Shown one piece after another: positions 27,079-39,405 of a DNA stretch of 64,000 nucleotides. How positions within the stretch are numbered: position 1 is the stretch's first letter; each line of letters starts with the position of its first letter. The notes below the pieces were generated by a model, which was given only the letters and a program-made list of their open reading frames with translations, made no database searches and was not told the origin of the DNA. This DNA is from the human T2T-CHM13v2.0 reference genome, Homo sapiens: the NCBI RefSeq assembly GCF_009914755.1, contig NC_060939.1. The stretch is one strand, 5' to 3'. The position numbers and the translations under genes were made by a program.

Positions 27079-27455
27079 TTCCCTCCCTCCCTTCCTCCCT
27101 CCCTTCCTTCGTTCCTCCCTCCCTCCCTCCCTTCCTTCCTTTCTCTCTCTCTCTTCCTTTTTTTTTTTTTTTGACAGGGTCTCGCCCTGTTACCCAGGCT
27201 GCAGTAGCAGGATCATGATTCATTGCAGCCATGATCTCCTGGGCTCAAGCGATTGTCCCACCTCAGCCTCCCAAATAGCTGGGACTACAGGCATGTGCCA
27301 CCACGCCCAGTTAATTTTTTTTTAATTTTTAAATGTTTAGTTTTTTGCTTTTAGTAGAGACGAGATCTCACTGTGTCGCTCCTGAGCTAAAACAATCTTC
27401 CTGCCTCGGCCTCTCGAACTGTTAGGATTACAAGCAGAAGCCACTGTGCCTGGCC
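27079..27455 (-). mobile_element. AluJ with (TCCC/TTCC)n tail
   Basis: CATGATTCATTGCAGCC, CTGGGCTCAAGCGAT. TSD AGAGTTTCTT. Confidence 0.9.
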
Positions 27456-28644
27456 CTAAACAGAGTTTCTTACCAAAAACAGCCACTTAGCAAATATTAG
27501 GAGACTGATGAATGAGAATGGAATGCTTCATTTTGTGAACTAGTTTCCGTGAAACATAGTATCCTGCCTATAATGGCTCTGAGAAGAAAATCTCTCATCC
27601 TGGAGACATCTTCTCACCTTCCTTTCCTAAAGAAAGACATAACATTTCTTGACAGGCACTGACTCACCGGGGCAAATGCATCAGTTGTGATTTCCCACAG
27701 CATATGTCAAGCCCTTGTAGAATCGCTTCAACCAGAACAACAGCCTAGTCCCTGTACCTGAAATTCATTTAGATCTACTTTAATTTGTCCAAAAAATCAC
27801 CATTACCAGAGTGTGTCTCCCTAAAGAAAAAAAAGATGTTTTTCTATTTGGTTATTTGGAAATTTTCTTAACACTTCCAGGGATTTTTTGTTGCTGTTAA
27901 ATAATAATGTCTCTACAAGACATGGCTAAAACAATGAGACAAATTTCCCAAGACCCACAAAAAATTCATTTATCTTAGATAAATCAATCTTTATATTCCC
28001 ATTTTACAGATGAAGATGTATAACACAATATGGTCCCCACTAGATAGTAACAAAGGTCCTATCTGTACATAGAGGTAGTCCAAATTGTAAATGAATTCAG
28101 TAGAATCAGAATTGGATTTCTTTATTTATTCACATAGTCACAAAATATTTGTCTCTTCAGTCCTTCCTCAAAAGAAGGAGGATGCTCACGACTTGACATG
28201 GAGTGCGTCCACCTTGACATCAGCTTATATAGCATCTTGAAGGAGCCTCTTGTACCTGGATAATACCCAAATAACCCAGATAATGATAATCTGGGTTATT
28301 TTGGCATCTCTGCCTTTGGGAATCCAATGGAGAAGGAGAAAGATTAAGCCAAGAAGAGAAAGAAAATATCCTAATTCCCTATTCAATTAATCTTCTCAGT
28401 AGCTTTAGATGTTACAAATTTACCTAAATGAAGAGCTATTCCATGGTAACTATGAGAACCAGTGACACCTACAATAATGATATGAAGCTGTGATCTACAA
28501 TAAAGAAGAGCTACAACGAACTAGACCTTAAACTTTAAGCATTTCTTGCTACATGTCTAGACCTCTGCATAATTTCTCCACTATGTCTGATACGCTTATC
28601 AAACATAAGCAGTCTCTTTTTCTGATTTTTGTCGTAAGTTCACT

Positions 28645-28750
28645 TCTGAGTAAGTTCAGGTGGTAGTGTAGTGTGTGATGATAGCAGCTGGACATAGCCA
28701 CTGCACTCCAGCCTGTGCAACACAAGAGACCTTGGCACTGAAACAAAAAA
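28645..28750 (+). mobile_element. Degenerate FAM/7SL-derived monomer fragment
   Basis: TGTAGTGTGTGATGATAGCAGCTGGACATAGCCACTGCACTCCAGCCTGTGCAACACAAGAGACC plus A-rich tail. Confidence 0.65.
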
Positions 28751-30220
28751 GGCAGTAAAGTAAAAATTTATTAAAAGAAACATAAGACATCTCAGGCCAA
28801 CAGGCAACAATAACCTTTCATTTGTGATAAATGCATTCTCCCTTTTCCTCTCTGTAAGCACACACTATAAATCAGAATTGCTCTTTTTTCTACACTTTAC
28901 TTTGAAGCAGTTAGCGAAAAAAGTTCTATTTCCAAAACAAACAAGCGAGCATAATAACAACAACAAGAACAAAAACACCAACTATCAGCATCTTTCTAGT
29001 TCATGAGTCTCAGGCCTTCCTTTTCAATGTGCACTGCCAGACTTCACCCAGCTCCACTCTAGAGTCTTCTTCCTCTTCCTAAGAAATGCTTAGAGTGGCT
29101 CTGGGAGCCACATTATTTTTCTTTTTGTGTGACTCCTAACACGGGAAATGACAGCAATAACTCACTTATCCAACCCAATGCCAGGGCAGCACCTCACCTA
29201 ACAGCCTTGCACCCAGGCTGCTGGCTCCCTCCGGTCAGTCCAGCTCTCATCACCTGAGTCACCTGAAAAACTGAACTGGGCAGCTCAGCTCTTGAGTAGC
29301 CATTCCACTCCTGTGAAGATGTTTTCTGAATAACTACCCAGAAATCACATTAGCTTCAGTTTAAAAACAAGATATTTGCATTATATTTGGAGGTAGAGAC
29401 CAGCTTCTGAGGGTACAAGAAGAGAGCACCTGCAGCCAGGCAGATAGTTTAAACATGTGGGCATTGAGATATCCAAACTCTTAATTTCTCAACTAAAACC
29501 ATATTTTGCCCTGGGAGCTGTGGAGGGTTTGGAGATGGGAGCTTGCATTCTTATTTGGGACACTAAGCTAAACTAGCAATAGGGGTTTCTAAAATATACT
29601 CCTACCCAGGACTCTACATCACCTACACCATCCCCACTTCTGTTAGGAAACTAAGTGGAAATCTGTGTATCTAATAAGTACGTAGAAATAGACTCAGATT
29701 ATTGTTTGGCTTAGCTTATTGGCTCCTCCTGACCTTATAGGGCCAAAACCTCAACAGCTCATCACAATTAACTAATAAAAGTAGTTCACCAAATACAATT
29801 TCTTTTTTTGTGACAGACACTTAATTGTCATTGGATTAGTTTATTGAGAGTTTGTTCCCTGGTGTTCAGAGAAGTGTATTCACTCATTCTGTTTTGCAAC
29901 AAACTATACTCAGTATCACTCTGTACTCAGTGCTATGGGAGATAAAAAGAATTGTGGCCCGTGGGGAGACTACAGTCCAGTACAGGCTGCATTCACTTAT
30001 ATAATATCCGCTATTCAAAATGATACCAACCATGGACAATTAGGTGACCTGGAATGTGTGAAATGTTTCTGTAGATGTACGTAAAAAAAGTCTGGAAGTA
30101 GGCATAACAAGATGTTCTACTGAGATGAGGTTATCTTTCGGAAATGGGAGTATGAATAATTTTTATTTTTCAGAATAAATATATAATATTTTGAAAGTTA
30201 TGTTTTAAAGCTCAAATATT

Positions 30221-30517
30221 AGCTAGGCATAGCAACTCACAACTGTAATTCCAACACTTTGAGAAGCCAAAGTGGGTGGGATCACTTGAGCCCAGGAGTC
30301 TGAGACCAGCCTGGGCAACATGGCAAAACCCCATCTCTACAAAAATACAAACATTAGCTGGTCATGGTGGTGAGCGCCTGGAGTCCTAGCTACATGGGAT
30401 GCTGAGGCAGGAGAATTGCTTGAGCCCAAGAGATTGAGGCTGCAGTGAGCCGTGAGCACAGCACTGTACTCCAGGCTGGGTGACAGAGTGAAACAAACAA
30501 ACAAACAAACAAACAAA
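30221..30517 (+). mobile_element. AluJ (Jb-like) with (AAAC)n tail
   Basis: GATCACTTGAGCCCAGGAG, GAGGCTGCAGTGAGCCGTG. TSD AAA(G/T)CTCAAATA. Confidence 0.9.
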
Positions 30518-30569
30518 TCTCAAATAAAAGATAAAGATTTTGGTTGATGGAGCACTTTCTTATTGCTGG

Positions 30570-31040
30570 GACAACCAGGAAGGTTTTGTGGAGAAGGGGC
30601 ACATGAACTCAACTGTGACTTCAGAGGACGTTAGAAGGTGGAAAAGGAGATGGGGAATTAGGTGTGTGGCAGGGACAGTATACTTTTTATTTGAAAATTG
30701 TGAATACCTCTGATGACAGTGTGGAGTAAAATGGGTGTAAGCTGACATAAGCCTAGAAAAGGAAGTTGGAAATTTATTGGAAAGACTCTTAAGTGCCAGG
30801 CTCTGGAAACTGGATGTGAGTTAGTAGTCAATGGGATCACTGAAGGTTCTCTAATAGGGGAGAATGTGATCAAAACAGTGCACTGGGGAGGTTAACACAG
30901 GAGGTGGCCAGGCTGCCTTTTGAGAAGACAGAGACTAGAGGCAGGGAGGCAGATGTGGAAGCTCCTCTTAACATCTAGGACTAAGTTGACAGAAGCTAGA
31001 GCTCAGTGATGCTTGAAGGAATGGAAAAAGGAAGGGAGGC
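30570..31040 (-). mobile_element. L2 LINE fragment
   Basis: GGAAGGTTTTGTGGAGAAGG, CAATGGGATCACTGAAGGTT, AGACTAGAGGCAGGGAGGC antisense L2 motifs. Confidence 0.6.
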
Positions 31041-32420
31041 TATTATACACCAGGAAAAGGGCTTCAATCCAAGGCACTTACTTATGAGCCCAAAGGAGAG
31101 AAAAGACAAATGTAATTTCAATATACAATGTTTCATAACAGTCATGAGACTAATTTTCAGATGTAGTTTATAGAATTACCCTCTTCATTATACAGGCACA
31201 TATAAAAAAAGGCTATAATTCCATTGTTGATGGGCCATTATCTGTGAAGGCACGCACAGGAGTGGAAGAGCCAAACTGGTTCACAAATGTCATGAGCACA
31301 TCAGAGCCCAGAGGAGAAAGTGTTCCTAACTCTCAGGTCTCAATGGAATGTCCTCACTAGGTCACAGCACAAGGTTTTCCAAGCTGGGGGAAGGTCACTT
31401 TCCCCTCAAATGATTGAAGTGTTCTAAATGCTGAACCATGCAATGCCCTGAGCACATGTAGCAGATGGAGCAGAGGGGGCAAGAGGGGCTTTTGGAAAAT
31501 CCACTTTTATTTCAGTAGCTTGATAATAATTGTTCCTTTGAAGCATTTACAAGCTAGACTTTTCACCCATCCCAACACAGATGCAGGCAACCAGTGCTCA
31601 CCTTGTTGGAAAGAGGCACAGACTTTCTGCAGCCTCCTTAAGAGGCTTATAAAATATTTATTCCAATAAGCTGGTGGTTAAAACTAAAATTCTTAAGCTT
31701 TTCAGAAATCATCACATTCAGATGCACATCACTTTAGGTGAATCTAGTCTGAATTTCTCCTTGCCTTTTGTCACGATTTTCATGTTACTTTCCCCCTTTC
31801 ATTTTCTGATAATGTCCTTAAACTTGGAGTCTTTTCTGTTTACCCCAATCTCTACTTCTATGATCAGTTATCATTTACCTTCACGGAGGCTGGTGAATTT
31901 GGTAGCAACCAGAATAATTACTCCTTTAATACGAATTTCCATACAATGCATTTTTGTCAAATGAAAAGAGGAGACAGCATGGCCATACTTGCAACCAGAT
32001 GCAGACATGAGGCAGTTTATGTATAAGGACTTTCTTGATAAGTGTTGGTCAAATATACATAAAAACTTGCAGATGAGAGATGACCAAAGGCACGGGACAT
32101 CTCAGATAAAGCACATGCGTAGTATGTGGACCTGCAGCCTCTGCCCCCTGCAGTTGCTGTGGAATCCTGGAGCTATACAGTAAATACGGTATGCTCCCTC
32201 ACTGTGCAACCTGGAGAAAAACTTAGAAGCAAGTGTAAACATGGTTCTGAGTTTCCTGAATAAACACTGACGATTAGGACCTCAGTGAGAGTCTTGACTT
32301 GGTATAACTAGATATGGCTGTGTTAGGCTTATTTGCCCAGTGATGCACTGAAAGAATAGATCCATCCATTCTTTAGAGTCAACAAGGACTGTCTAGCAAC
32401 TTCCGGAATCTCTTGGGCTC

Positions 32421-33185
32421 CCCAAGTAAAGCCACAGAATGCCACTCCCTATCACTGCACTTTGTAGATATCTACACCCTCTTTGCTAATAAGGTGCTGT
32501 TGTGGGTAGCCTTGAGCACCATCTCTTATTTATCTTAAGGACAGTGCAATGCTAAATCAGTTGACAGCAGGCTCCAAATACTGTGCAATGATGGTTAAAT
32601 ACAATAGCACATCATCAAGCAAACATTTATTAAGTGTCTACTGCATATAGGGTGCTGCACTTGAAGTCCAGAAAAGGGTATTGTCAATCTGTCAGTTGGC
32701 CAATTATTCCACAAGTGTTTATTGAACACCTCCTCTCTGCCAGGCATTAGGGATCTTGTGATGAAAAAAAAAAAATCAGGAATCTACTGGCAGTATAGCT
32801 TGTGCAATACAAGAATACTTATATGTCACATCCATGTCCAGGCTGCTTGATCCCTCTAGCTTTAGGAAAGTCTATATAGATGGAATTAAATCCAGGACCC
32901 ATGTCTCCTAATCAAAGTGACTTTCTCTGGCAACCAATGTCACCTTCTTGGAGGACCTTATTGTCATAGCCTCAGCACTTCTCTTCCTTCTCTCCTTACC
33001 TTATAGCATCCCTGAGAGAGGAAGATAAATTACACTCTCATCTCAGACACAGAGGAACTGGGACAGAAAAATGTGAAAGAGATTTGCTCAAATCACACAG
33101 AAGGACAGAGGCCAAACCAGAATTTAGGTTCCATGAGCTGCATTATATGGGACCTCTTGAAAAATGGTTTTCAACCAAAACACAG
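32421..33185 (+). repeat. Copy 2 of ancient ~765-bp local direct duplication (includes two L2 tail remnants and a MIR remnant)
   Basis: Collinear with 26283-27045 along its whole length. Confidence 0.92.
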
Positions 33186-36100
33186 TAATAGCAAACAATG
33201 CTCTCCAAGTTCTGCCATCTAAGTGATGTTAGATAAATAACAATTACGTGGGAAGGAAAGTGAAGGACAAACAGGTTAACCAGACAGAGTTAACTTGATA
33301 GATTAATCCATACAGAATACTTCATAGAAATGGCTTGAGTTCATTCAAAGAACCCAGGGGTAAAAAGAGTTTGAGTTAAACTACAGGGAAGGTGGCAAAG
33401 CCTGCATCCAATGAAATACCTCCAGTGAGAGCCTGAGACCTGTCCATCATTTTTTCAGACCAATAGTGCTGGTCAATGTTTTCCAGATCAAAACATGATC
33501 AGCAACATGAATTAATTTATACCTTAAAACCTGTTGTTCAGCACCTTGCTACTCTCTCCCTGGATTGACTGAGTATGAAAACCAGCTCTAGCTTGAAAAG
33601 TTAAATGTGCATAATAATCGTTTCTGAGAACTGCTTTTTGTAAATGGGTGATGGAAGTCACGTGTGTACAAACTGACACGTTTCCTCGCAACTGAACTGT
33701 TTCTATGGCTCAAGAGGTTCAGAGCTGGTGCACGGACGTGCCCTCACTGCCTCCAGCCATCTCTGCCCTGTCCAGCTGCCAGGACTGCTTGGACAGACAG
33801 TGGAAAGTACATGGTGTTTTCTGCCCTTCAGCCCTCCCTGATGACCATGCTGTCCCTCATCTTTCAAAACAGGACCCTGCTGTTCCTCAGGCAGAAACCT
33901 CACGGTCCCCAGCATGTTGGAAGTTCTCATGTGCAGGTCATTGTGCTGAGTGTACTTGCGCGCATTTTCCCTTTAACGTGGAGTGTTTAACTATTTGATC
34001 CAGATTGCCCAGGAGATGCAGTAATGTGATTGGCAGGACCAGGTAGGTTTCCTGGAGGACAATTGTTTTAAGAAAGAGTTAAAAAAAGAAAAAAAAAAAA
34101 AAAAAAAAGAGCAGAAATGGGCTGCCCTGAGCAGATCTGCCAGAAACCCTGGAAAGGTTTACCAGACTGCTTGTTGCTAAAAGTATGTCTAATGTTTACC
34201 GATAAACATGTTTTCAAGCCTAGGCACAAGTTCTGAGAAAGAATCAAGCAATATAAAATGAAACCTAGTTTTTTAAAACACTCAAAGTGCCTTTCATTTG
34301 AATGACCAAGCAGTGGCTTTCTAAGGAGAAGAATAGAAGATGACACACAGAGTGTGTTTTTGAGGGCGCTGGAAAGAAGATACCTCTCCTTCCAAAACAA
34401 TCATATCCCTCTTCCTCCATCCCCATCCTGCCAAGACACCTGCAATTCCAGCCTTAAAAATATAGTTCCTCTAAGTTCCACCTTTTTAGGCTTCTCTTTT
34501 AACATATATAACCTTTCAAAGGGCACCTCCCCTCTACAACTGACCCCTAAGATCTTACTGGTCATGACTTCTCCAGCTTGCTTTCAGCCCCAGTTCCATA
34601 AGAGAGCTCTGGGTATTTGAAATGGGGCCATGGATAGCATGACCTGGGAGGAAAAGTGAGTAATGAGAGACAAGGAGGCCCAGAAAGGAGATGAGGAAGG
34701 CTGAAACACCCTTCCTGGCTCCATCTAGGGAAGCCCCATCCTAAGCTAGGCACGAATGGGCAAAAGTGGCTTAAAAAAATCCCTTTTTTTAGAATAAGGC
34801 ACACAGCCTTATTTCTACATGAAGTCTTCGGATGTTTGATTCTGACAACCCTTCTGAATTTCTCTAAGTTATTATTATAAGGCAGCATAAACTTGAAGAA
34901 GGTGTTTGGATGATGTCTATGTCCCGTGTGTGCACACACATGCATAAACACTTGCATGCTTGTGCAACTGCTCCCTCTGAGGTGAGGTTGACTTCCCTAT
35001 AGCCTCTGAAATAAATTGAGTCCAAGTTTTGCAATAGTTAATTTACTATAAATAAATACTCTAAGCAATGTGAGTAACTTACCAGACTCCTCACCATAAA
35101 TGTCCTGCATGAAAATTGAGCCCTGTTTGACACCTCAGCTATTTTAAAGATACACATACAAATCCCTCAGCTCTGCTAATCTGTAAAGGCTCAAATGTCC
35201 TTGCTTTTAGGCTCTGTGGGCTCTCCTGACAAGGAAAGTTGGTGTCAGGGAATCAAGACGGGGAGCTAAATGTCAAGAGCTTATTATTTCTGGTGGCCAC
35301 CTTGTTAGACATTTATATTAAAATCCTGAAGAAAAAACACATACGTGCAGAATATTTACAACAATGGGAATAACTACAATGGCTACAGAGAAATCAACCC
35401 ATTTCTTTACAAAGCATCTAGCTGTGATGTTTTAGAGCATGGACCCAAAGTAAACCAAAAACATACTAGATTAATCTCTCTGTAGAGCACTGAACAAAAA
35501 GGCTAGGTTTCATTCTATAAACAAATTGGCTAGCAGACATAGATGAAAATTTTACATAAGTGACAACCCTGACCCAACTCCTTGATAGAATTTATAGATC
35601 TTATGCAAATCTTTCATCCTTTCTCTCACACCCCATCCCCACAAAGATCCAAATACGTAAGCCATTAGGAAGAGATTCATAGATATGTTTTGGAATGAAT
35701 TAAAGCTGGTTTGTAATGTACAATCCCCTTGAGTAGAATATGGGGCTCAGGAGAAACCATTATTTCTGCCTCTGTCAAGCGCAGAATAATTGAATATTTT
35801 CAGATCCAAATTCCAAAATGGTTAGTCCTTAGGTAAATTAAGTGTCAATTAATAAAATGGTGAAATTTTTATTTTTATGCAGATACTGTAGTTGCGGGAG
35901 TATGAGGAGAGAAAAATCTCTAAGAAATCTGAGCAAAATAAGAAGCCTGAATCACAGATGTTTATGAATGATAATCCTGGACTCTTACCCCACAGGGTGT
36001 CCATCCTAAAGGCTTGCCTGATTAGCTGGAGCTGGGGTATGTGAGGTTGTGTGCTCTATTTCATTACACCATTTTCACTGTGACAAGCAGCATTGTGGGG

Positions 36101-36699
36101 TGTTCAGTGTTGAGGGTGGGTGTATCTCAGCTTGAATTAGTGAGAGCTCTTAGCCTGAAGGTATGGGTTGGAGACAGGAAGTTACAATGTACATATCCAA
36201 ATGTCACTGAGGAGGCTTTATTGCATTCCTTACTTAACATTTTGTACTTTGTATATAGGCAAACAGTTTTATTAACTTTCTCTTTCTCTCTCTCTCTCTC
36301 TTTTCCCCCAATTAAACTCTGTGTGGCTGGTTAGCTGGTCAGAATTATAGTTCTTGATTTAACCTTAGAGAAATGGAGAAACAGAGAGGTGAGATGATTT
36401 GTTCAAGGTCACCGACAGCAGAGCTGGATTTAGAAATGACTGCTTCTTGATTATCTGGGCACTGAGCCTGTCTGCCTCTCCTTGCTTTAGCTTAATTGTC
36501 AAATACCTTTATTTGAATTAGTTTTTCTTTCAGGTTTCTGTCTGCACACAAAGTGCACATGGATTTTGTACCTCAGCCCCATTGCTGAAAGCAGCAGCTT
36601 GCTATTTCTGGCAGGCAATTCCATCCTCCTCTGGAACAAAGCCCCATCAGATCCCAGACCTGGCTTTGTCAGCTGGTCCCAGGTGCTGTTTGGGGGATA

Positions 36700-36704
<5 letters not shown>

Positions 36705-36744
<40 letters not shown>
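36705..36744. repeat. (GT)20 microsatellite
   Basis: Seen directly. Confidence 0.97.
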
Positions 36745-36749
<5 letters not shown>

Positions 36750-38389
36750 GTGCATATAAAGATAATCTTCAGAGCCCAAATGGCTTCAGGACCCCTGTGA
36801 GGGCAGCATCTTTGCATCTAATCCTATCCACAGGAGCTAAAGTCACAGCAGCTCAGATAAGGGTCACGTTCCAAGCTCTTACATACTGCCCTGCCCTTGT
36901 CCCTGCAGAGGCCCCATGGGGTGTCTTCAAAGGGGAGCCTTTGGCTGACAAGGTGACTTGTCACCTGCTGCATTTGGGCCTACTCAGCAGAAAGTGCCTT
37001 CCCAAGGTGGCACAGAAGGTATAACCCTTTGGACACAGTGACTCATCTGTAATCTCTAGCTGGCTGGGCATTTAAACCAAACCCACTTTATAAGACCAAA
37101 GTGTGTATAGTGGGAGGTCAGTCTGGGGCACAGACTATTCAGGTCAATGGGGGCACTGGGACCGGAGCCTAAACACACATTCTGTCCCCCTGCCCTTCTC
37201 CAGCAGCACTAGGGGCTCTCTCATAATCTTCAAGCCTTTGGCTCATCTTTTCTCATTGCCCTTTTCAGCCACCATTTTAATCATCTGCCTTGTGGCTTTT
37301 CATTCCTGCTGCCCAGTGACACTCAATTCCTTCTCTTTCCCCAGCCTCCTGAGCCAGGGCCAAAGGTTGTTTAAGGTCCCCGAAAATTAACTTCAGTCTC
37401 CTACAAGGTGAACTGTTGCTTTCTGGTGAAGCCTCACAGCACCAATGAGCCTGTGAAAATATTCCACACAAAAATAGCCCAATGCTTACCGTGAGAGACA
37501 CAAGAGTTTTGGTGCACTCAGTCCCAGACGGATCCCTCTAGTTTTCTCCTTGCTTCCAAGATGCATTCACTCATTTCCAGAGCTGTCCAGTCCTTTCAGG
37601 TGATTCCTGGGTCATTTTGATAATGTCTCTTAACTTAGCACAGTTAGGTTTGTAACATTTACTGAAGGCTACAGACTGGCTCTCTCCTGCTTGCTCACAC
37701 CAGATGGGGTGAGACAGGAGAGTGAGGAAAGGAGAAAGGGCTCCCTGCTGAAAGGATGTATGTTGTCATGAGTGGTAGGATGCACAACTCCCTGCTTCTT
37801 CCTCCAAAGCTCTGTCACTTAAGGGCCAGCCTTAGGAGCCTCGTATCAGTGAATATTGAATGGAACCTCAAGGCTACCCTGAGGTGAGCTCAAACTCTTG
37901 GGGGTACCTGCTGTTTGGACTCAGTCTCCAAACAGTCCTCCAAACACAAAATGACCCAAAGGTGGGTCCCTGAGCAGCTCTCCTAGGTTGACCTTGATCG
38001 TTCCTAAGCTTCAGAGCCAACCCACCAAGAAGAAAATCATAGAGCCAGCAATCAGCATCACTCTGTGGGAGCTTTTCCAAGTGTCTTGTCTGGGCTATTT
38101 TCAGGACTATCCACTGATGGAGGGCACTGTCTCCTCGATCAGTCAGAAGGTTAAGGGCTACATAAGTTACTTTGGGATATTCTATTTCCTGGTCCAACAC
38201 ATTCACTCACTCATTCATTCATTCATTTATTCATTTCTTGTGGATGGATTGGAGCTGCCCAAGATCAAGATTGCTATGTTAAGTGAGGTACAGAAACTCT
38301 AATGCATGAACAAGAGGCTTTTTTGGGAGAAAAGATATAGACGTAAAAACTTATCAAATGAAGTGGGAAATAATAAGTATCTAAAGTGA

Positions 38390-38870
38390 ATAATAATAAT
38401 AAACAATAGCCAACCTTTATATAGCGCCTATTATATACCTGGCACATTGTGTGTGTATGTGTGTGTATTTGTTTTATTGTGAAAAAATACACATAACCTT
38501 TTAGCACCTTAACCATTTTTAAGTGTGCAGTTCAGTGACATTAAGTACATTCACCTTGTGGTGCAACCATCACCATTATCCATTTCCACAACTTTTTATC
38601 TTCCCAAACTGAAACTGCGCCCATTTAACAGTAATCCCTATTTCCTTCTTCCCCCGGGTCCCTTGCCAACACCTTTCTATTTCTCTATGAATTTGACGAC
38701 ACCAGAAACTTATATAAGTGGACTGGTACAATATTTGTCCTTTTGTGAAGTCGAAAGCACTTTGTATGTATTAACTCATTTAATCATAGTAATGGTCCTA
38801 TGAGGTAAGTAAAATCATTACCCCCCTTTTACAGATGAGGAAATTAAAATAAATACAGAGAGGTTAAACA
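38390..38870 (-). mobile_element. MIR interrupted by an L1MB 3'-end fragment (38450-38748)
   Basis: MIR halves TATAGCGCCTATTATATACCTGGCAC and AAGCACTTTGTATGTATTAACTCATTTAATC...TTTTACAGATGAGGAAA flank L1MB motif CATTAAGTACATTCACCTTGTGGTGCAACCATCACC. Confidence 0.85.
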
Positions 38871-38989
38871 AGAAGTAGAAATTAAATATTCAGAGGGATC
38901 AGAAAAAGGAAAAGATCTCCCTTAATTTGGTTCTCCGCCCCCAGGAGTCCATGAACCAATTAAAAGGAAGCAAACAGTCCCCTTGTTGG

Positions 38990-39405
38990 AGGCGCCGCCA
39001 CCTTGCAAGACCATCTCTGCTTCTATACAAGGGCCGCGCAACTGGAGAGGGCCCTTCTGCAGGAGAGAAGAGGGAATGTGCTGAATGAGTTAAAGTGCCC
39101 TTTGTCCACCCCCGCCCCCCCCCCCCCCCCAGCACTCGGCGGGCGCAGGCTGAGCTGGTGACCCGGGCAGGACCGGAGCCAAAGGATTAATCCATCACAA
39201 TGAGACGTTCTATTCTGGGCAGGCGGCGCGAGCAGATGCTGGGCGCCGGCGGAGGCAGCGTGCAGGGCTGGCGCTCACGCAGGCCGCCAGCACCCTGCGC
39301 TCCACCCCACCCTGCTCCCTAATGAGAAGAGAGGAGCTGAACCCAGACAGCCGCTCCCTGTTGACGCCTTAGGCGTTTCAAAACTAGACTGGCCGGAGCC
39401 GATGG
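38990..39405. promoter_or_regulatory. Small orphan CpG-rich element (candidate enhancer/promoter)
   Basis: About 27 CpG in ~415 bp by hand count, in non-repeat sequence of an otherwise CpG-depleted window. Motifs GGATTAATCC, ACAAT, GCCTTAGGC, GCCGCCAT and a C16 tract. Confidence 0.7.

Noticed and set aside
36566-37024. 152-aa ORF
   Set aside because: Non-ATG start, spans (GT)20, no recognisable domain.
37986-38150. Possible + strand exon (CTCTCCTAG|...CAGAAG|GTTAAG)
   Set aside because: Weak donor, no recognisable product and no partner exons; cannot be supported without RNA data.
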